In this document: positions 57,001 through 64,000 of the stretch, piece after piece
Layout of the letters: every line of letters begins with the position of its first letter
Numbering within the stretch: position 1 is the stretch's first letter
NCBI GenBank assembly: GCA_964589445.1
Contig: CAZPQX010000001.1
Span: 28,600-92,599 of the forward strand
Reading direction: 5' to 3'
Length of the DNA: 64,000 bases
DNA from: an uncultured Candidatus Saccharibacteria bacterium
Lineage (GTDB): Bacteria > Patescibacteriota > Minisyncoccia > Phycocordibacterales > WO2-35-19
Translations under genes and position numbers: made by a program
Notes under the pieces: model-generated
Database searches by the model: none
What the model was told of the DNA's origin: nothing
What the model saw: only the letters and a program-made list of their open reading frames with translations

Positions 57001-58872
57001 GAAGAAACTATCCGATCGTCAGTAAACTTCCGCACTCAGCACGTCATTGTCGATGATCTGGCTCAAGCAATTGTGAAGCGCAACTCTACCGGTTGGAAGA
57101 GTTGCATTGAGGAACTCAATTTGCTCGTTGGAAAGAAGGAGAAAGCGACGAGGCTTAACGAACTATGTGAACAGATCAAAGAACAGGTACCAAATCTGTG
57201 CCGTGAAATCATCGAGCTAGCTGATCAGAAGCAGAAATTTGATTGTCCAGAGAATCTGCTGATCGCATGGAAAGTCGCACGGCTTGAGTCATGGCTCAAT
57301 CATATTCATGACCATGTTGATGTCGATACCTTGCAGAGTGAACTCGAGCGTTTAAACAAAAAGGAATTTGAACTCAATTCTGAACTCGTTACTGTGCTTG
57401 CGTGGCAGCGTCAGATCGACAAGGTTACCAAGCGTCAGCGCGATGCTTTGATGGCTTGGTCCGATGCAATGAAGAAGTATGGTAAAGGCACTGGAAAATA
57501 TGCGAACAAGTGGCTGAATGCCGCACAGCAATCTCTCAAGGAAGCAAAGAATGCAGTTCCTGTCTGGATCATGCCTCTTCACCGCGCAGCTCAAATGTTC
57601 TCAGACCCTACGGCGGGAATGTTCGATGTGGTGATCTTCGATGAGGCAAGTCAATGCGATATTCGTGGTCTCACTATCGGATATCTTGGTAAGAAATTGC
57701 TTGTCGTTGGAGACCCTGACCAGATCAGTCCGGCGGGCATATTCCAAGATCAGGAAAAGACCTTTGAACTTATTTCCCGATTCCTCTTCGATATTCCCCA
57801 TAAGGATAACTTCTCGATCACTTCGAGCCTCTTCGATCTGGCAAAGATTCGTATTCCAAACATGATCCAGCTGAATGAGCACTTTAGATGCGTTCCTGAG
57901 GTCATTGCGTTCAGCAACTACCACATCTACGATTCAAAGCTTAAACCGCTTCGACATCCGCACCCTAAAGGACTCCTGAAGCCTGCTCTTGCTCCTATAT
58001 TGGTCGAGGGAGGCTATCAGAACACCAATAATAAGGTGAACGAACCAGAAGCGAAAGCTGTCGTAGAGAAGCTTGTAGAACTTTTGGAGGATCCGAATTA
58101 CCAGAAGCGTCCTGACGGCCATCTTTGCAGTTTTGGAATTATTTCTCTGCTCGCAGAAGATCAGGCGAAATACATCAAGGATCTAATTTTGAAACACCCG
58201 AAGATCGGAGAGAAAGTGATCGAGGAAAGAAAGATTATTTGTGGTGACGCATACGCATTCCAAGGCGATGAACGCGATGTGATGCTTCTATCCATGGTAA
58301 GAGCCCTTGATCCAAACAAGCCAAATGACACTGTCGCACCTCTTACTGATAAGGGTGCAGCACAACGCTTCAATGTGGCTGCTACTCGCGCACGTGATCA
58401 GGTATTCCTTTTCCACTCAATTCCTTTGGAAGAATTCCGAAATCAGAATGATTGGCGATTCAAGCTACTTAATTGGTACTACGATCCAAAGAAAGAGGAA
58501 CTCAAAGCTGGCCGCGAGATACTTAAGAAAGAATTTGATTCAGGCAGAGCGTCAAACTTCTCATACGAAGTTGGAAATCTCATTATCGATAAAGGTTATC
58601 AGGTTCTGCCTGAATATCCCGTAATCGGCTATCGTATAGATCTTGTAGTTCAAGGTGCTGAAGCTCGTCTTGCAGTTGAATGTGACGGAGACCAGTATCA
58701 TACGCTCGAAAACTGGGAAGAAGATCAAGTCCGCGAGAGACAACTTCGCCGTGCTGGGTGGGAATTCTGGCGTGTGACCGGTAGCTCATTCTATCGCCAC
58801 AAGGAAAAAGCACTCGATAGCCTTTGGAAGAAGCTCGACGAGCTTGGTATCAAGCCGATGATTGATCGCTAG
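54067..58872 (+). CDS. SF1 (DNA2/NAM7-like) helicase fused to a C-terminal Vsr/DUF559-like nuclease
   Basis: GPPGTGKS, DEASQ, GDPDQ, HFR, FQGDERD, FNVAATRAR, then RIDLVV...AVECDG..YH; N-terminal CxxC-CxxC. Confidence 0.9.
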   Translation: MARFTRKFDAKAYWATKPYCTVCKNHKVKEGNICYECKQAAMKQKRELNKNNEVEIESFASADIETPEPRKKRVSNISAEAQNKVVRLFTYLEKALAVDDSIVRDFRTNTAAPSPWWLADYPTDLENLSIRPFDTEKTPEGVQSTSWLKVEKKNIKAAPELPSQLEEWIDEVNPLQEPVAKEKVDRKVRFADDKDREKEFKNFRKNFEQGDEIPEILKDWVTILPNQLPESISVKYVPDNWADHPELAKLLDGYTENEWKPWAEQVKKVYKANLLYDQLYALRLLLKNEGDNYELLLGHGVLTWQHQGVGTIYTPVFLSPLTLDFDASKRTIEINPDPMFRNFVETSSLYETDNPAEMDLITWGDTINANPFDFWHLETLKGQAQTLVNYISPDGEDNFTDEIVSAPTASKNPSIWNAPVIFARKRTNDMWSKYAATIRKDIEQYGVEATEFITDLVGEYDETPVGARDGSDGERMESGNVSIPESELYFPLPWNDEQKRIAERLDANYGVVVKGPPGTGKSHTIANLISRFLAQGKSVLVTSQTSKALEVLREKLPENIRSLAVSQLQQTAKRDDVLQQSIGEISSNLGERDTKFSEARAENVRRDLKKVREEKATLAAKIRQYILTDSSENLVIDGEEIKPIDAAKFVDKNKDNEAIAWFTDKVPFDSAPNFTEEDLQEIYDLAKDVEEVDRSLHKEDLPDHSILPNEDVVLSAFAAHRDLSAKSKASDEAFSKAKIDQETLGQLWELLSRAKKVLGSINQDYEQEIFDACAISQNERDKWSSILSKISEKIQIVAKGKNNAIGHVITGQSNLSTHDLREAVEALYAKASKGKLGTFGKMLLPGNAKRILETYKVDGAGPDSPERVEILRNSILVEAAEREIKTLLEQGLSALKNPLEIDLDRLDLVKLEVFVASIQRLANYHSDFAGINTCFNEVKELSDLSFTKKTDIETAIELTASRAAAFELKNLEKSFTEWEETIRSSVNFRTQHVIVDDLAQAIVKRNSTGWKSCIEELNLLVGKKEKATRLNELCEQIKEQVPNLCREIIELADQKQKFDCPENLLIAWKVARLESWLNHIHDHVDVDTLQSELERLNKKEFELNSELVTVLAWQRQIDKVTKRQRDALMAWSDAMKKYGKGTGKYANKWLNAAQQSLKEAKNAVPVWIMPLHRAAQMFSDPTAGMFDVVIFDEASQCDIRGLTIGYLGKKLLVVGDPDQISPAGIFQDQEKTFELISRFLFDIPHKDNFSITSSLFDLAKIRIPNMIQLNEHFRCVPEVIAFSNYHIYDSKLKPLRHPHPKGLLKPALAPILVEGGYQNTNNKVNEPEAKAVVEKLVELLEDPNYQKRPDGHLCSFGIISLLAEDQAKYIKDLILKHPKIGEKVIEERKIICGDAYAFQGDERDVMLLSMVRALDPNKPNDTVAPLTDKGAAQRFNVAATRARDQVFLFHSIPLEEFRNQNDWRFKLLNWYYDPKKEELKAGREILKKEFDSGRASNFSYEVGNLIIDKGYQVLPEYPVIGYRIDLVVQGAEARLAVECDGDQYHTLENWEEDQVRERQLRRAGWEFWRVTGSSFYRHKEKALDSLWKKLDELGIKPMIDR

Positions 58873-58911
58873 GTCTTCGCGACACGTTTTCAAAAGTGAT
58901 AAAATAAATCT

Positions 58912-59025
58912 ACAAAGTCCCAAGACCTAACCCTCGAAAGAGATATGGTCGCAAAACCGTCCAAGGCAGTTTCCTCGCACGAGGATTCGACCTTTTGTGT
59001 CGAGTCGGTGCGGGGATTTTGTTTT
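58912..59025 (+). ncRNA. Candidate small RNA (structured motif copy 1) with its own promoter and terminator
   Basis: TGaTAAAAT at 58897-58905; GACCTAAC-CCTCGAAAGAG-ATATGGTC-GCAAAACCGTCCAAG; TCCTCGCAC/GTGCGGGGA stem plus TTTTGTTTT. Confidence 0.55.
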
Positions 59026-60073
59026 ATCCACCTATCCAGAACCACAGGTTATTCTTGGTCTCCTCGCTCAACTTGTAGGCATCAGCATGCGACATTACAC
59101 CCATATATGAGCGAAGCGAAGATTGCAGGGTTTCCTCGCTAATATTCCCGTCCTTAAACATTGCCGCTTTCTCTCGGAGCTTACGGATCATTCTGCGCCT
59201 CGTTCGTGCTCTGAGAAGGATATGGTGTGGAAAGATAACGTAGCCTAAGAAATCCACTCCTTGGTTTGGCTTACGGACAATAACCTTTTCAGGGTGAAGG
59301 GATAGCTTGAGTTGTTCTTGCAGGAAATTCTCCATCTTGACAAGGATCGGTTCCAATTCTGATTCGTCATGGCTCAATACCACAAAATCATCGGTGTAAC
59401 GGACATAGCACGCGACTTTCAGTTCGCGCTTAACGAACTGGTCAAATTCATTCATGTATACATTCGCAAAAATCTGCGAAGTGAGATTGCCGATCGGAAC
59501 ACCTCTATGACTGAAAAGATCGGACTGACCGCTAGAGAAGCTTCCTACAATTTCTCTCAAAAGCTCCATCATCTCTGGATCTTTTATTTTCCTTTCAAGA
59601 ATAGACAGCAGGATTGTGTGGTCCACCGAATCAAAGAATTTTCTTACATCACATTTAAGCGCATAGCAGGGGCGCGTGTAATTCTTGCTTACTTTGCGGA
59701 TCATTGTATTGAGTGTCGCAACCCCCTTATGAGTTCCTTTGCCTACGCGACAAGAGAACGAGGTCGGTATAAAAGTAGGCTCAAAAATCGGATTCAATAC
59801 ATTGAAAACTGCATGGTGCAGAACTCTGTCTCGCACGCTTGCTTTATGTATATGTCGGCGCTTCGGATCATAGATATGAAAACCCATATACGGACGATGT
59901 TTGTAGGTCTTGTCCCTAATCTCTCGGTACAACTCGAAAACATTCTGCTCAAGATTTCTCTCGAACTCCAGAACGTCCTCCTTCTTTCCTTTGTCCCGCT
60001 TGAATTCGTCCCAAGCCGAAAACAAGTTTTCGGGACTGCACACATTATCAAATAATTTATTAAATGTTTTCAT
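59024..60073 (-). CDS. DGR reverse transcriptase
   Basis: RDRVLHHA, KGTH, CDVRKFFDS, GVPIGNLTSQ, YVRYTDDF and DFLGY; adjacent TR/VR pair. Confidence 0.95.
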   Translation of the reverse strand: MKTFNKLFDNVCSPENLFSAWDEFKRDKGKKEDVLEFERNLEQNVFELYREIRDKTYKHRPYMGFHIYDPKRRHIHKASVRDRVLHHAVFNVLNPIFEPTFIPTSFSCRVGKGTHKGVATLNTMIRKVSKNYTRPCYALKCDVRKFFDSVDHTILLSILERKIKDPEMMELLREIVGSFSSGQSDLFSHRGVPIGNLTSQIFANVYMNEFDQFVKRELKVACYVRYTDDFVVLSHDESELEPILVKMENFLQEQLKLSLHPEKVIVRKPNQGVDFLGYVIFPHHILLRARTRRRMIRKLREKAAMFKDGNISEETLQSSLRSYMGVMSHADAYKLSEETKNNLWFWIGG

Positions 60074-60075
60074 CT

Positions 60076-60426
60076 ATGAATGACACTGACATCCCAATTC
60101 TTAAGAAATCGTATGAGCTTTATAAGATCTTTCACGAATACCGAAGAGTTATTCCGAAGACGGAACGCTTCACGGTATACGAGCGTAGCGAGAACGCCAT
60201 ACTCGACGTTATCGAATGCTTCTTTGAGGCAGGATACATGCGAAGCAATAACAAAGTTGCATTGCTGGAAAGAGCGAGCGTGAAGCTTAATCTTCTGCGC
60301 TTCTTCTTCCGTCTCATGAAGGAGAGCAAGACCTTCGACAACAAGAAATACGTTGCGCTTCAGACGGTCATCGACGAGATCGGCCGAATGCTGGGCGGAT
60401 GGATCCGTTCCAGCAGCGCGAGGTAA
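60076..60426 (+). CDS. avd: DGR accessory variability determinant (Avd-like four-helix bundle)
   Basis: IPI..K.Y.L, IPK.ERF, LRFFFRL and EIGRMLGGW motifs; alternative start 60064. Confidence 0.88.
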   Translation: MNDTDIPILKKSYELYKIFHEYRRVIPKTERFTVYERSENAILDVIECFFEAGYMRSNNKVALLERASVKLNLLRFFFRLMKESKTFDNKKYVALQTVIDEIGRMLGGWIRSSSAR

Positions 60427-60456
60427 CAAAAGAGCGTCCGCTGGGACGCTCTTTTG
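60427..60456. terminator. Perfect 13-bp hairpin between the avd stop and the TR 3' end (bidirectional terminator-like)
   Basis: CAAAAGAGCGTCC-GCTG-GGACGCTCTTTTG. Confidence 0.7.
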
Positions 60457-60474
60457 CCGATGAAGGAGTGACTT

Positions 60475-60602
60475 CGGAACGAACCCGGAAGCCGACCCGT
60501 AGTTGTCGTTGGCATTGTCGAACCAGTTCGTGTCGAACTTGACCTTGCCGTCGTTGAAGTTGAAGTACGGGGCGTTGTCGAAGCGGACATCGGAATCCGG
60601 AT
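60475..60602 (-). repeat. DGR template repeat (TR), 128 bp
   Basis: Aligns gaplessly to 61014-61141 with 10 mismatches, all at adenines of this copy (minus strand); rich in AAC codons. Confidence 0.95.
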
Positions 60603-60865
60603 GTTTGCCTTTACCCGTCCGTGTCACCGAAGCTTGAAAGCGGTTCCTGTTGGAAACAAGACGCGATCTCGCTCCTGAATTTTATTCAGCAACACCCGCC
60701 GTATAGGCTTATTGGTTTGCATTGAATAAAAGCAAGCAGTATCTCCTTATCGCGGCACTCTCCTCCAAACCGTAATCGAGAGGACTCTGGCCGGTTTCTC
60801 TAAAGAGAAAGAGTTCGGCGACGGCAATCCGTAAACGGCCGTGCATTAGCCTAGACTCGCCGTTA

Positions 60866-60874
60866 ATTGTATCA
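60866..60874 (-). promoter_or_regulatory. Extended -10 promoter candidate for the TR RNA
   Basis: TGaTACAAT on the minus strand, about 260 nt upstream of TR. Confidence 0.45.
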
Positions 60875-60904
60875 AAAATTGAGCGCTACGCGCATAAAAA
60901 GAAA

Positions 60905-60935
60905 TCAGGGTTACCCACGCTGTGGATAACCCTGA
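60905..60935. other. Hairpin/cruciform downstream of VR (terminator or DGR homing structure)
   Basis: TCAGGGTTACCCAC-GCT-GTGGATAACCCTGA, 14-bp stem with one mismatch and a 3-nt loop. Confidence 0.6.
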
Positions 60936-61004
60936 AATTTTTTGCCGCGAATTCAAGAATCAAAAGAAAGGATTCAAAAGACTCAAGAATTCGAGGATCG
61001 AGGA

Positions 61005-61898
61005 TCAGTTCTGCGGAACGAACCCGGAAGCCGACCCGTAGTAGTCGCTGGCATAGTCGAACCAGTACGTGCCGAACTTGACCTCGCCGTCGTGGAAGTT
61101 GAAGTACGGGGCGCGGCCGAAGCGGACATCGGAATCCGGATCGTCGTACTCGTCACCCGAGCAGTCGATCCAGAGGTCGTCATAGTTCATGAGCCGTTCC
61201 GGATGGGTCAGGATCATGATGCCGATGGCGAACGCGCCGAGGCCGAACTCGTTGGAGGCGAAAACCTCGCGAGCACGACGAACGGAACGTCCACGATGAC
61301 GGATGCCGAACTGCGCCGGAACGACGAGGATGTCGTGATCTTTCTGCTCGTCGCCGAGCTTCTGGAACACGCCTGCCGTCTTGGTTGTCTGCCGAAGACG
61401 CTCGGGACCGAGCTGGCCGTCGCGGTAGTTGTAGAACTTGCCGTTACGGGTCTGCTTGATCATGTCGAGCACCTTCTGCACCGCCTCGTTGTAGGTCGGG
61501 GCGATCTTCTCCCACTTCGGGATGGCGAACCATCCTTCGGCGTTCGGGGGAAGCGCACCTTCGGCCAGCTTCTCGTCGGCGTAGCCGATGCCGGGGAACA
61601 GCTCGCGCAGACGGTTGGTCTGTTCGGTGATGCCCTTCGGCTTGTAGCCGGAGAGGTACCCGTAGCTGGATTCGGTTTCCTCGTCCTTGAACTTGTCGGA
61701 GACCGACAGGTCCTTGAGCGAGGCGAGTGCCGCATTGCGGATTGCTTCGGCGAATTCGTCGCCGTGTTCGATGACGCGCTGTGCGCCAGGGTTGTCGAGA
61801 CCGAGCTCACCGAGAACCTTCTCGATGGCATCGGAGCCGAACCGGTTGATCTGCTTGATCTGACCGGCGGTTGCGTTTGTCTGAGTAATCGCGTTCAT
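61005..61898 (-). CDS. DGR target protein with C-terminal variable region (CLec-like fold inferred)
   Basis: VR in the last ~45 codons; GGAG RBS before ATG 61898; no signal peptide or TM. Confidence 0.9.
   Translation of the reverse strand: MNAITQTNATAGQIKQINRFGSDAIEKVLGELGLDNPGAQRVIEHGDEFAEAIRNAALASLKDLSVSDKFKDEETESSYGYLSGYKPKGITEQTNRLRELFPGIGYADEKLAEGALPPNAEGWFAIPKWEKIAPTYNEAVQKVLDMIKQTRNGKFYNYRDGQLGPERLRQTTKTAGVFQKLGDEQKDHDILVVPAQFGIRHRGRSVRRAREVFASNEFGLGAFAIGIMILTHPERLMNYDDLWIDCSGDEYDDPDSDVRFGRAPYFNFHDGEVKFGTYWFDYASDYYGSASGFVPQN
61014..61141 (-). repeat. DGR variable repeat (VR)
   Basis: Nine amino-acid changes relative to the TR translation: D>G, N>R, N>H, K>E, D>G, N>Y, N>Y, N>S, N>Y. 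Confidence 0.95.
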
Positions 61899-62202
61899 TT
61901 GCGTTATCTCCAATTTTTCTGAATTGCCGAAATCGCTCGGTGACGACTTGTCCCTGTATGAGACGAGTTTGCTGAGGCCTAAACTAAGCCACAAAAAGCT
62001 CGTCTCATGCATCGTTATGCAGTGATCCTTATCTCAAAGAGCAGTCTCCAGTATCATATCAAACAAATGACTGTTTGTCAATGATTTTGGCGATATGTCA
62101 AATGTCGGTAAAAGGGCTTCGCAACAGCCTTTTTCTAAGCTAAGCTACTGACTAATACCATCAATTTTGGTATTATGTTCTTGGTACAACTGAATATGAA
62201 TT

Positions 62203-62397
62203 GACCTAACCCCTCAGGGATTTCCCCGAGGATATGGTCGAAAATTCCGTCCAAAGTAAAGAACTCCTAATCAGAGCTACTTTGGACGGTCATATCTCGA
62301 AAGGGGTATGGGTATATCTCACGGGATATATCGGCCTGGTTAGGAGCTTTTTGCTACCTGACTAATTATTAGATTAGTTAAAAATCCGTCCAAAAAT
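62203..62397 (+). ncRNA. Candidate structured 5' leader RNA (motif copy 2)
   Basis: TGgTATTAT at 62168-62176; same GACCTAAC...GATATGGTCG...CCGTCCAA core as 58924-58964, plus multiple stems. Confidence 0.55.
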
Positions 62398-63078
62398 ATG
62401 AATGATTCTTCACAGCCTTCAGCGAAGGCTACGCACCTTACCCTAGGTGGCATTATCGTCTGGCTCTTTAGTATCGGTTTTCTGTTCTCAGGGTTCATGT
62501 CCCTCTTTACCAACTTCGGCATGGGATTGATCATGATCCTCGCGGGTCTCTTGTTCCTCCCACCGCTGACAAAATACTTGAAAGAGAAGCACAACTTCTC
62601 GATCTCCGGTCCGCTCAAAATAGTGCTCCTATTCGGGATCATTATCATGGGCGGCTATTTTATTAGCCAAGATGATGACACGGCACCAGCAACCGTAACG
62701 GAGACTCGTCCTTCAGCCGCGTACGATGTTTCGTCTCTTGTCGGACTCAGCCTCACGGAGTTGAGAACCAAACTCGGCACTCCGTCATACGACACCGAAC
62801 CTACCGCACAGCAACTTGCTCTCGGTGGAATCGATACGTGGGAAAAGAGCTGGGATGTCGGTGAGTACAGCATCATGGCAACGTACGACATCAAGACAAA
62901 GGAAATCACTGACCTGTTCTTCGGCGCAGATAGCGACGCGGCCTTCAAGCGATTCGAGGATACCAACAATATCCTTGCCGCAGGAAACCTCTCAACAAGC
63001 GATCCTAAATACTCGGTCGAGTTCGTCAAAGCGAAGAATGGTCCCGGCTACACCGGAGCTATCATCCGCGCAAAGTAA
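62398..63078 (+). CDS. Membrane protein with three N-terminal TM segments and a soluble C-terminal domain
   Basis: Hydrophobicity pattern read from the translation. Confidence 0.7.
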   Translation: MNDSSQPSAKATHLTLGGIIVWLFSIGFLFSGFMSLFTNFGMGLIMILAGLLFLPPLTKYLKEKHNFSISGPLKIVLLFGIIIMGGYFISQDDDTAPATVTETRPSAAYDVSSLVGLSLTELRTKLGTPSYDTEPTAQQLALGGIDTWEKSWDVGEYSIMATYDIKTKEITDLFFGADSDAAFKRFEDTNNILAAGNLSTSDPKYSVEFVKAKNGPGYTGAIIRAK

Positions 63079-63081
63079 GCC

Positions 63082-63879
63082 ATGAAATTCCAATTACCCG
63101 GCTTCGTCGATCGGTACTTCAAGAAACAAGAGGGTCTCAAGAAATACCAAGAATCAATTACTTCGTTTCTAGCAGACAGCGAGATTTCAGTCGAAGAGAA
63201 CGAAAAGCTTGTGGAGATGCAAAAGGAATTCGGCCTATTCGCCGAGGACGTGAAAGGTATTCACAAAACCTCGATTGCTTCCGTATTCACGAGTATCGGT
63301 TCTGACAAACGGATCACTGACGAGGAGAAAGTTTCTCTTGAAAAGTTGCTTACCCACTTCAACGTCTCGAAAGAAGACATCGCGTTCAATCAAGACAGCT
63401 TCAACAAGTATTATGCTCTTGCTCTCATTGATAAGGGAGTGCTGCCTACGATAAGTAACCCTGAGTCACAGGTGAATATTGTCTTCAAACCAGATGAGAT
63501 CCTGCACTGGGGCATGGTGGCAAACTTGATGAAGCGTAAGAAGATAACGACAAAAATAAATTACGGCGGACTCACCGCTTCGGTCAAGATTATGAAAGGG
63601 GTACGCTACCGCGTTGGCTCGATGAACATAGGTAGCGAATCCAAGGAAATAATAGATATGGAGGATTCCGGCATCTTCTACGTCACTAACCAACGTCTTG
63701 GCTATCTTGGATACCGCAAACAATTCTCGTTCCCATTCAAGAAGATTGGGTCACTAGAGCTTCGTCCAGATGGACTTCATATCTTCAAGGACGGCAAGGA
63801 AGCCCCGTATATTCTTCAGTTGAGCGATTACGAGTTAGCACTTGCGGTTATTTCATTCCTCTTAAATAAGGACGCATAA
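63082..63879 (+). CDS. Hypothetical protein (TerB-like N-terminus, PH-like C-terminus inferred)
   Basis: Repeated D..I...E...L motifs; GVRYRVG and DSG.FYVTNQRL.Y.G segments. Confidence 0.6.
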   Translation: MKFQLPGFVDRYFKKQEGLKKYQESITSFLADSEISVEENEKLVEMQKEFGLFAEDVKGIHKTSIASVFTSIGSDKRITDEEKVSLEKLLTHFNVSKEDIAFNQDSFNKYYALALIDKGVLPTISNPESQVNIVFKPDEILHWGMVANLMKRKKITTKINYGGLTASVKIMKGVRYRVGSMNIGSESKEIIDMEDSGIFYVTNQRLGYLGYRKQFSFPFKKIGSLELRPDGLHIFKDGKEAPYILQLSDYELALAVISFLLNKDA

Positions 63880-63885
63880 GAGCCC

Positions 63886-63999
63886 CTATAGGGATACCTT
63901 TTTGAATTCCTCTTTGTACTTCTCAATCACATCCAAAACCTCGCTATCTTCTTCGAGGTCAAACCCGAACCTGCCGTCCGTGATGTGGATGCCGTAGCG
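63886..63999 (-). CDS. 3' end of a CDS entering from outside the window (...RYGIHITDGRFGFDLEEDSEVLDVIEKYKEEFKKVSL*)
   Basis: Open frame from the window edge to TAG at 63886-63888, convergent with the previous gene. Confidence 0.4.
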   Translation of the reverse strand, partial: RYGIHITDGRFGFDLEEDSEVLDVIEKYKEEFKKVSL

Positions 64000-64000
64000 G

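Larger units (their letters stand above)
50106..64000. mobile_element. Putative integrative element / genomic island downstream of tRNA-Ser, right end outside the window
   Basis: Visible rise in GC and codon change after the tRNA; carries a serine recombinase, excisionase-like HTH, helicase-nuclease and DGR; no att duplicate found in the window. Confidence 0.65.

Noticed and set aside
59024-60073. RT as a group II intron or retron enzyme
   Set aside because: No maturase/endonuclease extension or retron VTG motif; Avd and the TR/VR pair identify a DGR
59369-61922. Antisense ORFs 59369-60055 and 60942-61922
   Set aside because: Shadows of the RT and of the GC-rich target gene, with no independent evidence

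Overview
This looks like chromosomal DNA from a small-genome Patescibacteria/CPR bacterium, probably Parcubacteria-like. That assignment is inferred from gene repertoire and synteny, not from a marker-gene search. The window has four zones. (1) 1-15.8 kb is housekeeping: rpe, rpiB, gap, class II RNR, S1, pth, lepB, S21, ybeY, ftsA, ftsZ and trxB. (2) 15.9-33.2 kb is a tightly packed nine-gene minus-strand operon. It encodes a twin-arginine-type exported protein, three large paralogous signal-less beta-rich proteins (one a recent mosaic), a 1575-aa repetitive dockerin protein and two membrane-anchored cohesin proteins. It is divergent from a tatC-tatA pair and followed by a GH26/GT2/deacetylase cluster. 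(3) 39.4-50.1 kb holds a tandem array of unexplained small structured RNA units, tRNA-Val with a 172-bp palindromic insert, a crtE-crtB-crtI plus lycopene-elongase-like carotenoid cluster, and a nuclease-like large gene. (4) After tRNA-Ser there is a higher-GC island with a large serine recombinase, an excisionase-like HTH, a helicase-nuclease and a complete diversity-generating retroelement. Its TR (60475-60602) and VR (61014-61141) differ at 10 positions, all TR adenines. Its avd gene lies antisense between TR and RT, and the cassette is bracketed by two copies of a structured RNA motif. The best novelty candidates are the Tat plus cohesin-dockerin fibre operon, the small-RNA array, the antisense-avd DGR layout and the DGR-flanking RNA motif. 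All assignments come from reading motifs by eye; no database searches were run.
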